From the NCBI GenBank assembly GCA_035639355.1, contig DASQYE010000182.1, positions 1-27,525 of the forward strand: a DNA stretch of 27,525 nucleotides, written 5' to 3'. The notes below the pieces were generated by a model, which saw only the letters and a program-made list of their open reading frames with translations, did no database searches and was not told the DNA's origin. Source of the stretch: Pyrinomonadaceae bacterium (lineage in GTDB: Bacteria; Acidobacteriota; Blastocatellia; Pyrinomonadales; Pyrinomonadaceae). The first letter of the stretch is position 1. Each line of letters opens with the position of its first letter. The translations under genes and the position numbers were made by a program. Positions 17,474 through 27,525 of this stretch are shown here, one piece after another.

Positions 17474-17743
17474 GAATCGCCGTCGCAAAACTTCGCGAGA
17501 CCCCTAACTACACGATCGCGAGTTTCAAGGAGGACGTCAGCCACCTACGCCCCCAAGGCGCGCCGTGCGGAGAAGGAAAAGGTTGAGCAGGTGGAATGTC
17601 TGCGCCTCCCGCTCACGGTCGAACTTGACGCGGCATTACAGGCGTTAAGCCTACAGCCTCCTTTTCAGGGTAAGGCTATCGAGGAGATCGCCGTCTCGGT
17701 AATCCTCGACGCACACCTACAAGGCTCGGTCGCCGCCGCCTAG
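17474..17743 (+). pseudogene. Headless open frame, probable 3' remnant of an unknown gene
   Basis: Stop-to-stop frame with no ATG, reading ...APKARRAEKEKVEQVECLRLPLTVELDAALQALSLQPPFQGKAIEEIAVSVILDAHLQGSVAAA*; protein-like composition; starts just after the IS6 end. Confidence 0.35.
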
Positions 17744-17901
17744 CAGGTGGTTGCGATTTCCATCCCAGCGGAGGATGGTGGCATGATCAAGCACCGGCGG
17801 TCGTGGCGCGCGGCTAAGAAGGATAAGCAGGACGGGCTTGTTGCTATACTTCCGCTTCAATAATCCAGTGTGCCAAGCATGAACATCGTCGCCCACGCGG
17901 G

Positions 17902-18066
17902 GATCTGTGCATCTGGAAAGACCGTCTCTATCGCTTCGGGAAAGCCTTTGAGGGGGGCCATCCACTCAGGCGATAAAGATGTCCCGCACTTCCCGATTCT
18001 TCAACTCCGTGACAATCTGGAGCCAGAACGCGCCCCCTCGGCCTGCGCAACCCACAGACCCAGAAC
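17902..18066 (-). mobile_element. IS256-family transposase internal fragment (degenerate)
   Basis: VLGLWVAQAEGA / FWLQIVTELKNREVRDIFIA*VDG / LKGFPEAIETVFPDAQI: the IS256 DDE region with two frameshifts and one stop. Confidence 0.88.
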
Positions 18067-18194
18067 TCGGCCTTCATTTTCGTGTGGCGGGGTCGCATAG
18101 TCAAACTGATCAACATAACTTTGCGCAAATATTCAAATGGAATGAATAAATGCGTATGAATTATGCAGCCTCTTCTGAATAAATATGCAAAGCC

Positions 18195-18261
18195 GATTGG
18201 GGCATAGGCTTGATCTGCATCTTGACCTTTTTTATCTCGAGCTAATCTTTGCAACAGAGCT
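18195..18261 (+). mobile_element. Second IS6-type right end (solo remnant)
   Basis: 18244-18260 reverse-complements to GCTCTGTTGCAAAGATT; shares taatctttgcaac with the 17429-17441 end; a degenerate G-I-(A)-A-stop-like sequence ends at 18213. Confidence 0.65.
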
Positions 18262-18285
18262 GCTGGTTCTAATTCTCTCGAATCG

Positions 18286-20361
18286 CTACACAGCGAATGA
18301 AATTACTTGGCTTGAGTTTGTTTTCTTGCTTGTCTTGTTAGAGGCAATCTCAAAGGGATAAACGTCTTCGATAGCAGTGCGCAGCAATTCTGCGACGCTC
18401 CATGCCTGTGCGATCGAGCCGCGCGGTGTGTGCGGCTCGTCTCCGTCAAATATCTCAGAGATTTGACCGAGTCCCGCCTCGCTCAAGTGTGCCCGGAAAT
18501 TCGCAAGCCACCACGCCGCCCGCTCGCGGCTTTCTTCTGAGTGGCCGTGTGCTTTGGTATAAGCCGTGATAAATGGCCCCATCAGCCAGGCCCAGACTGC
18601 ACCCTGATGGTAGACCGCGTCGCGGCTTGAAGGGCTACCTTCATATCGCCCGCAGTACTGAGGATCACTCGGCGCAAGACTTCGTAGTCCATAAGATGTA
18701 AGCAGTTCGCGCTCGACCACATCAATAACGCGAAGTGCCTTCTCCGCTGCGAGCATCGAATTCGTTAGACTGATCGACAGGATTTGATTGGGCCGAATAG
18801 AGGCGTCGCGCTCCTCTCCATCCACACAGTCGTAGAGGCAGCCCGCCGCTTCGTTCCAGAACAGACGATTAAAGCTCTCACACGCTTTTGCAGCCAGCTC
18901 ACCATATTCCCTATGTCTCGCCTCATCACCAAATTGTTCGGCCAATTGCTGCATGATACAAAGCGCGTTGTACCAGAGTGCCTGAATCTCAACGGGCTTG
19001 CCTTGCCGGGGCGTGATCACACGCCCATCAACTCTGGCGTCCATCCAGGTGAGTTGCACACCCTCTTCGCCGGACGCCAGGAGTCCGTCCCCGTCCACGT
19101 GAATGTTGTAGCGCGTCCCGCGCACATGCCAATCTATGATGTCTATCAACACTTCGTAGAGATTTTCTCGAACGAATTCGTAGTCGTTCGTGTATTCGAC
19201 GAGCGCGCGAACAGCTTCAAAAAACCAGAGCGTGGCATCCACGGTGTTGTACTCAGGCGCTTCTCCCGCATCGGGGAACCGGTTCGGCAGCATGCCGCAG
19301 CTTACGAAGCGTGCGAACTCTAACAAAATGCCGCGCGCCACATCACTGTGGCCAGTCACCAGTGTCAATCCGGGCAGGGCGATCATTGTGTCGCGCCCCC
19401 AATCCGAGAACCAGTGATACCCGGCAATAACCGTTTTGCAATTTTCACGCGCGACGATGAATTGATCTGCCGCCACGGCGAGCGTGCGCATCAGTTCGTC
19501 GTCGAAACCGGATGCCTCCTTTAGAGTCTCTCGCCTCAGGATTTCTGCCCGACGGTATTCATCAGCGCGGGAGATCTCCCGCCTTTCTGTTGACGCGATG
19601 ACGCTCAGGCGCGAGGCACTCTTCGGATCGAATTTCAGCACGAACGGGCTGAATAAATCTTCCGTAAAATCAAGACCGCGCTCTTGCTCCGCCCTGTACT
19701 CAAAGTTGCGATACCAGTATCCACTCTGCTCAACCTCGGACGTATCGTGGGCGAAGTATAACCTGGGCAGGTTTTCATACGGCGCAACGCTCGTGAGACG
19801 GCCCTCCATCCGGACTTGAGCATTCAACGCGCCATTTTCGTGCGTCGTGCCGTGATAGTCACGAAAGGCTATGAGCGGGCGCACCTCGAAAAGGATGAGG
19901 GATGAGGGCAATGTAATGAAGTCAGGCTCATCACCTTTTGTTTGATTCTCAGGATGCGGGAGTTGAAACTCGTATTGAATGACCGTGCTGTTTTCGCCCT
20001 GAGCCATAAAGACGGACTTCTCGATTCTGATTCCTTCGATCTCATAGGTAAAGACTGGAAAGGGGTCTAGCCGAAATCCTATCTGGTAATTGTATCCCTG
20101 TGGATGAACGACGCCCGGATACTGGTTGGCTGAGAGTTCATACCTCCGACCGTCAATGATGAGTGTCTCTTCAAGCTTGGAGAGCATGACCAGACGCCCG
20201 ACGGGCGGCCTTGTCGCCGCAGTCAGCAACCCGTGGTAGCGCCGCGTATTGAGACCTATCATCGTGGAGGAAGCGAAACCGCCGAGGCCGTTTGTCTCCA
20301 GCCATTCGCGCGAGAGCGTCTCATTTAGGTCAGTGCATATTCCTCGATCAAAACTTATCAT
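18286..20361 (-). CDS. Glycogen debranching enzyme, archaeal type (amylo-alpha-1,6-glucosidase)
   Basis: REWLETNGLGG, TRRYHGLL, DWGRDTMIALPG, YNTVDATLWF, QLTWMD, RPNQI, YHQG and QAWSVAE motifs. Confidence 0.92.
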   Translation of the reverse strand: MISFDRGICTDLNETLSREWLETNGLGGFASSTMIGLNTRRYHGLLTAATRPPVGRLVMLSKLEETLIIDGRRYELSANQYPGVVHPQGYNYQIGFRLDPFPVFTYEIEGIRIEKSVFMAQGENSTVIQYEFQLPHPENQTKGDEPDFITLPSSLILFEVRPLIAFRDYHGTTHENGALNAQVRMEGRLTSVAPYENLPRLYFAHDTSEVEQSGYWYRNFEYRAEQERGLDFTEDLFSPFVLKFDPKSASRLSVIASTERREISRADEYRRAEILRRETLKEASGFDDELMRTLAVAADQFIVARENCKTVIAGYHWFSDWGRDTMIALPGLTLVTGHSDVARGILLEFARFVSCGMLPNRFPDAGEAPEYNTVDATLWFFEAVRALVEYTNDYEFVRENLYEVLIDIIDWHVRGTRYNIHVDGDGLLASGEEGVQLTWMDARVDGRVITPRQGKPVEIQALWYNALCIMQQLAEQFGDEARHREYGELAAKACESFNRLFWNEAAGCLYDCVDGEERDASIRPNQILSISLTNSMLAAEKALRVIDVVERELLTSYGLRSLAPSDPQYCGRYEGSPSSRDAVYHQGAVWAWLMGPFITAYTKAHGHSEESRERAAWWLANFRAHLSEAGLGQISEIFDGDEPHTPRGSIAQAWSVAELLRTAIEDVYPFEIASNKTSKKTNSSQVISFAV

Positions 20362-20459
20362 GTCTTTGCTTCCTCTCTTTATGTAGCCCGCGCGCTGCCG
20401 GTTTGAGCTGGCTCAAGACTATTCTCTTCATAAGACTTCGGTGCTTTCTCAAGAGCGCC

Positions 20460-21569
20460 TTAATTCAGGAAGTCCGCGACTTCACAAAAGACTTTGATTG
20501 CGCCTTTCGCGCTCGTGAGCTTGTCGAATAATTCCCGATAATTTTCCAGGCCCTTGACCGGGTGGGTCAGAAGACGCGCGAGCCACCCCGGATATTCGGC
20601 CTCCGATTGCGCCATATCACGAACGCCCATCTCGAAATACTCACGATTGGCGTTGACCGTCCCGACCATCACCTTATTGCCGAGCACGAATTCGAGATTG
20701 ATTTTGTCCGCAGGAACTTCCACGCGGCGGTCGCCGCCAGTGACGGACGAGAGCACGAGCACGCCGTTTTTACCGAGAGCCTGCATGGCTTCAAAGACAA
20801 TCGGCGAAAAGCCCGTCGCCTCGAAGATGATGTCAAAAGGCCCGTACGCCCGCGCGCCTTCGAGAAGCGGTAAATCCCTGGTTGATTCGTAGCGCGCGCC
20901 GACGGCCTCTATCAGCTCCGCGTTGAGATTCGGTTTAGGATCGAGCGCGAAGGTCGTCACCTCAAGGCCGCGCAAGCGCAGGACGAGCGTGGCGAGCAGA
21001 CCTATGGTGCCGGCTCCCATGACCGCCGCACGCTTAGGCTTCCACACGCGCAGTCGGCGCTGTATCTCATAAGCCTGCGCGATGCCCTTTTCGACGACGG
21101 TTGTCGGTTCGAGCAGCACTCCGACTTCTTTTAACCCTTTCGGGACTTTCACGATGAACTCCGCGTCGTCAACGTAATACTCGGAGAGATACCCGTGGCG
21201 CAGGTTGATGCCCCGCTCGAAATAGGTGTCATCGGTGGTCATGTCGTTCGTGCCGATGAGGTCATAAATGCTCGTGCCGGGGCGGCGCACCGTTGCGACC
21301 ACGTAATCGCCGGGGCGCAATTCGGTCACATTTGCTCCAACGGCCTCCACCTGGCCGAAACTTTCATGGCCCGTAACGAGAAAGTCGTATCCTTCAGGAG
21401 CCGCTCCGTACTCCGCGGCATTGATCTCCTTATCAGTGCCGTCCACGCCGACGCGCAGAACCCGAACTAGCACCCCGCGCCCGTTCGGCACATCGTTGAT
21501 AGAAGGTCGCGGCATCTCCACCAGATGCACGCTATTCGGTTTTCCGGGAAATACTGCTATTGCTTTCAT
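20460..21569 (-). CDS. gdh: Zn-dependent glucose 1-dehydrogenase, archaeal type (MDR superfamily)
   Basis: [40 protein letters not shown] and [13 protein letters not shown] motifs. Confidence 0.85.
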   Translation of the reverse strand: MKAIAVFPGKPNSVHLVEMPRPSINDVPNGRGVLVRVLRVGVDGTDKEINAAEYGAAPEGYDFLVTGHESFGQVEAVGANVTELRPGDYVVATVRRPGTSIYDLIGTNDMTTDDTYFERGINLRHGYLSEYYVDDAEFIVKVPKGLKEVGVLLEPTTVVEKGIAQAYEIQRRLRVWKPKRAAVMGAGTIGLLATLVLRLRGLEVTTFALDPKPNLNAELIEAVGARYESTRDLPLLEGARAYGPFDIIFEATGFSPIVFEAMQALGKNGVLVLSSVTGGDRRVEVPADKINLEFVLGNKVMVGTVNANREYFEMGVRDMAQSEAEYPGWLARLLTHPVKGLENYRELFDKLTSAKGAIKVFCEVADFLN

Positions 21570-21649
21570 GATGAGCTTTCTCCAAATCTAAAGTTATTAG
21601 TGAAGCGAGGCTATTGCCGGCGCATAGAGACGAGCGCCGCCCCTTCTCT

Positions 21650-24298
<2,649 letters not shown>

Positions 24299-24317
24299 GG
24301 CTTTTTGTCGCTCCCGA

Positions 24318-24563
24318 TCAAAGTATGCCGTTATAGGCAAATGAAGCGCGGCGTATGAACCTCGTGGGGCGCTCCTGATTCGTCGCAATGGGATTACGCA
24401 GCGCAGTTTTGCCGCACTCAGGACAGACATGCACCCCCTCAAGCGCGCCGCCGAGATCGACATCAATCTCTTCAGGCACATCCGTTGAGCAATCAATTTT
24501 ATCTGCGTGATGGTTCATCTGTGCGCCGCAATCGGGACAGAGCATTTTGTTTGTTTTCTTCAT
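24318..24563 (-). CDS. Small Zn-ribbon-like protein (CxxC...CxxC)
   Basis: [14 protein letters not shown]...HVCPECG; AGAGG RBS; fills the gap between the VOC and glucosidase genes. Confidence 0.75.
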   Translation of the reverse strand: MKKTNKMLCPDCGAQMNHHADKIDCSTDVPEEIDVDLGGALEGVHVCPECGKTALRNPIATNQERPTRFIRRASFAYNGIL

Positions 24564-24657
24564 AAGAACCTCTTTCGCGTGACAGGTGACATGAAAAGGA
24601 ATTTTCTTTGCTCCTCACACATCACTGTAGTTCAATGTTCCCCCGCCCGTCTGCAAA

Positions 24658-25791
24658 TTATCTTTCGACTAGCTGCATCACATGGCCGTCGGGGTCGCGC
24701 ACCAAAAAGCCCCGCGCAAATCCGAACTGCTGGCGGTCAACATCGACTATGCCTGATGAGACGAATGAGTATCTACGGGAGAGCAGGCTTTGGGCTGCGG
24801 CGTCGGCGCGCGCGACTAAGAGCCGCGTCTGCCAGTGGGCCAGGTCGTTCGCTCGCGCGTCCTCTGGGATAGGCCGCCCGCTGCGCGGCGCCATGTATTC
24901 CAGAAACTCAATGCCGGGGCCGCCGCCCGGCGCTCTCATGCTGGTGATGCGAAGACGCGCGCCGAAGACGTTATTCAAGTGCTCCTGCTCCGTGCCGTAG
25001 TTCTCGCTTTCGCCAGCGACCCTCATCCCCAGCGTGTCGCGGTAAAACTTTAGGCTCGCTTCCGTATCGCCCACCACAATCGCCGTGTGGTCGATGCCGA
25101 GGAAAAGCTTGTCAGTAGCCTGGTGCCACTTCGCGTCGCCTTTGCCTTCGGGGAACTGAAGTATTTCGAGCGAGTGGCCGTCCGGGTCGCGGAAGTAGAA
25201 GGCTTTGATGCCGGCGGCGTTCCTGTTCCAATCGGGAAGCCGCTGCGGGCCGCTCGATGCGTGCTCAACTTTGTTCTTTCTCAACCACGCGTAGGCGCGA
25301 TCCATGTCGCTCGTGATGATCGCAATGTGTTGGAACCATCGGTCATTGCTACGGGAATCGACGGGGACGGGGCGGCCTCTCGGCGCGAGGTATTCGGTCA
25401 GCTCAATAGACTCACCGCCGAGTCTCATTCGCACGACTCTCATCCTCAAACCGAACACGCCCTGTAGGCGCTCGTAATTTTCCCCGGCCACTTCAACGTC
25501 GGAAACTTTTTCGAACGAGAGGACGCGAGAATAGAAATCCACGGCCCCGTCCATGTCTGAAACGGTCATGCCCACTGCGTCTACCCGCTCGACGGCTGAC
25601 CCGGAAATCCCTTCAACATCCAGGGAAGGGGCGCGCAGGCCGAAACTTGTGGCGGCCTGCGCGCGGGCGGGCGGGAAAGGCTGAGCTTTGGCAGGCGGAA
25701 CAAAGACGCTCAGCGCGAATAAGAGCCAGAGAATTATCCAACCGACGGGGATGTTCAGTTGATTTCTTTCTCGTCCCTCTTGCTCGTTCAT
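24658..25791 (-). CDS. Two-domain VOC (glyoxalase/bleomycin-resistance fold) protein with N-terminal signal peptide
   Basis: WFQHIAI, FRDPDGHSLEI, IDHTAIVV, IEFLEY and VRDPDGHVMQL motifs; hydrophobic N-terminus ending AKA-Q; ATGA overlap with the GMC stop. Confidence 0.88.
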   Translation of the reverse strand: MNEQEGRERNQLNIPVGWIILWLLFALSVFVPPAKAQPFPPARAQAATSFGLRAPSLDVEGISGSAVERVDAVGMTVSDMDGAVDFYSRVLSFEKVSDVEVAGENYERLQGVFGLRMRVVRMRLGGESIELTEYLAPRGRPVPVDSRSNDRWFQHIAIITSDMDRAYAWLRKNKVEHASSGPQRLPDWNRNAAGIKAFYFRDPDGHSLEILQFPEGKGDAKWHQATDKLFLGIDHTAIVVGDTEASLKFYRDTLGMRVAGESENYGTEQEHLNNVFGARLRITSMRAPGGGPGIEFLEYMAPRSGRPIPEDARANDLAHWQTRLLVARADAAAQSLLSRRYSFVSSGIVDVDRQQFGFARGFLVRDPDGHVMQLVER

Positions 25792-27359
25792 CGCAGACGC
25801 TCCTTCAGGTGGTCGGCCACGCGCAGCGCGTTAGCCATAATCGTCAAGGCAGGATTTACGGCAGCGGACGACGGGAAGAAGCTCGCATCAACTACGTAAA
25901 GGTTGTCGAGATCATGCGCTTTGCAGTTAACGTCGAGCGCGGAGGTCTTCGGGTCACTCCCGAAACGAATCGTGCCGTTCTGGTGTGCGACGCCTGCCAA
26001 GGGAATACGCTGGCCGACGAAGAGGTTGCGTGCGAAGAGTCCGACGTGACAGTCGTGACCGTGTACAGCGCATTTCGTCTGCTGCTGCATCAGGCTTTGC
26101 AGCTTCTTCTGAAGACGCTGATGCCCCTCTTCGTTGTTCGGCTTATAAGAGAGAACGATGTTGCCCTCACGGTCGAGCGTCACGCGGTTATTGGGGGCCG
26201 GCAAATCCTCGCTCGTTAACCAAAAGTCGAGCGAGTGTTTCGCCATCAAATCAAGTGTGAAGCCGGGAGCAATCTTTGGCGCTCCGGCGCTCAAGGTGAC
26301 TCCATCCAGTTTTCCTACGAACGAGATGTGCCCCATAGGGTAGTCCCACTCGCGGGAGCCGAAATAGAAATCGTTCACCGCGAGAGTTTTCTGAAAGATG
26401 GTTGGATTCGGGCACTTTGAGACGGCCATCATCACGGAGTTCGTGTGCCCCATGTAGTGACGGCCTACGACACCCGAGCTGTTGGCAAGCCCGTTCGGGT
26501 GTCTGCTGTTGGCAGACCTCAGAAGCAGAGCCGCGGAGTTGATGGCGCCACAGGAGACTACCACTATGTCGCCAGTGAAATTTTCCATCTGCCCGTCGCG
26601 CTCGACCGTCACGGACCTGACGCTGCGGCCCGCCGGGTCTGTGTTCAGGCGCAGCACTTTCGAGTTGGTCAGAAGTGTCACGTTGCTATGGGTAAGGGCA
26701 GGATCGACCGCGCAGGTCTGAGCGTCCGCCTTCGCACCCACCAGGCAGGCGAAGCCGTCGCAGGTGTTGCAGCGTATGCAGGCGCTCGCCCTGGAATTCT
26801 TCTCGTCCAGCTTGATACCGAGCGGGACGTGAAAAGGTCTCAGACCCTGCCGCTCGAAGTCTTCGCTCAACTGCTGTATGCGCGGCTCGTGGCTGACGGC
26901 CATGTGCGGGTAGGGCGCGCTTGCAGGTGGCTCGGTCGGATCAACGCCTCGTTCGCCGTGAACGTGATAGAGTTCTTCGGCCTTCGTGTAGTAAGGCTCA
27001 AGCTCGTCGTAAGAGATCGGCCATGCCGGGGAGACTCCGCCGTGGTGGCGAATCTCACCGAAATCCTGCTGACGAAATCTAAAGAGCGCCGCGCCGTAGA
27101 ACTTCGTATTGCCGCCGACGTAGTAGTTCGTGTGCGGGTGCAGGTCTTTGCCTTCGCCGTCCCGCCAGGACTCTTTCGTGTTGTACCTCGCCTCGACATT
27201 CACAGCGCGCGAGTCCCAGTTCTCCTTCTCGCGCCTGACATAATCGCCTCGCTCTAAGAGCAGGATGCGCTTACCCGTATCTGCCAGGGCATACGAGAGC
27301 GTCCCCCCGCCCGCCCCCGTACCGATGATGATTACGTCGTAATGATTCGCTTGTGACAT
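25788..27359 (-). CDS. GMC-family FAD oxidoreductase (sugar dehydrogenase flavoprotein-like)
   Basis: YDVIIIGTGAGG, LERG, VGGNTKFYGA, CIRCNTCDGFAC, AHQNGT, NLYVVDASFFP and NPALT motifs. GGAGG before ATG 27359. Confidence 0.92.
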   Translation of the reverse strand: MSQANHYDVIIIGTGAGGGTLSYALADTGKRILLLERGDYVRREKENWDSRAVNVEARYNTKESWRDGEGKDLHPHTNYYVGGNTKFYGAALFRFRQQDFGEIRHHGGVSPAWPISYDELEPYYTKAEELYHVHGERGVDPTEPPASAPYPHMAVSHEPRIQQLSEDFERQGLRPFHVPLGIKLDEKNSRASACIRCNTCDGFACLVGAKADAQTCAVDPALTHSNVTLLTNSKVLRLNTDPAGRSVRSVTVERDGQMENFTGDIVVVSCGAINSAALLLRSANSRHPNGLANSSGVVGRHYMGHTNSVMMAVSKCPNPTIFQKTLAVNDFYFGSREWDYPMGHISFVGKLDGVTLSAGAPKIAPGFTLDLMAKHSLDFWLTSEDLPAPNNRVTLDREGNIVLSYKPNNEEGHQRLQKKLQSLMQQQTKCAVHGHDCHVGLFARNLFVGQRIPLAGVAHQNGTIRFGSDPKTSALDVNCKAHDLDNLYVVDASFFPSSAAVNPALTIMANALRVADHLKERLR

Positions 27360-27423
27360 TCCGAGTCCTCCTTCGAGAGTCATTAGCCGGAACGACGGGC
27401 GCGCGCATTCCTGTTAAGAAGCG

Positions 27424-27525
27424 TTACGATTGCTGCCTGGAAAGCGGCGCGGTCGCGAAGTTGGCGTTGAAGCGGCGACACCAGATCGTCACCGCGCGGT
27501 ATTTAGAGAGATCAACATCCGCCGG
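27424..27525 (-). CDS. DM13-domain protein, C-terminal end only (runs off the window)
   Basis: Minus frame reads PADVDLSKYRAVTIWCRRFNANFATAPLSRQQS*, matching the DM13 C-terminal pattern (D-L-S-K-Y-x-x-V-x-I-W-C-x-x-F-x-x-x-F-x-x-A-x-L). Not in the ORF track. Confidence 0.8.
   Translation of the reverse strand, partial: PADVDLSKYRAVTIWCRRFNANFATAPLSRQQS

Larger units (their letters stand above)
10192..18260. mobile_element. Decayed genomic island integrated at tRNA-Ser(CGA); right boundary not located and may extend past the window
   Basis: Integrase relic 50 nt from the tRNA 3' end, GC drop, low coding density and IS relics. No attR copy found by eye. Confidence 0.7.

Noticed and set aside
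20403-20416. ttgagc-tg-gctcaa palindrome upstream of the debranching gene
   Set aside because: A 6-bp arm is expected by chance and no second copy was seen.

Overview
The window has three zones. (1) 1-10191 is GC-rich core-type chromosome (spot count 39/60 GC at 4021-4080). It carries a tandem PilZ protein, a small Cys4 protein, a PlsC-type acyltransferase, a minus-strand run (GH5-like hydrolase, DUF2270, hutH, zf-TFIIB protein, hutU, suhB), a small basic ORF, a candidate structured ncRNA, tadA and tRNA-Ser(CGA). (2) From 10192 to at least 18260 is an AT-richer, decayed tRNA-Ser-anchored island (spot counts 23/60 at 11341-11400 and 20/60 at 16681-16740). It holds a nonsense-inactivated tyrosine integrase, a 4-TM protein, an intact 1523-aa secreted modular protein with an unassigned Cys/His-rich core domain, and IS6 and IS256 relics. 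(3) 18286-27525 is a co-oriented minus-strand cluster: DM13 (partial) - GMC oxidoreductase - exported VOC protein - Zn-ribbon - GH63-like glucosidase - Zn glucose 1-dehydrogenase - glycogen debranching enzyme. Gene style suggests Acidobacteriota, probably Blastocatellia (inference, not searched). The best novelty candidates are the core domain of the giant protein, the DM13-GMC-VOC-glucosidase cluster and the two-fold RNA element upstream of tadA. No CRISPR array or rRNA was seen. All family calls are from motif recognition, not database searches.
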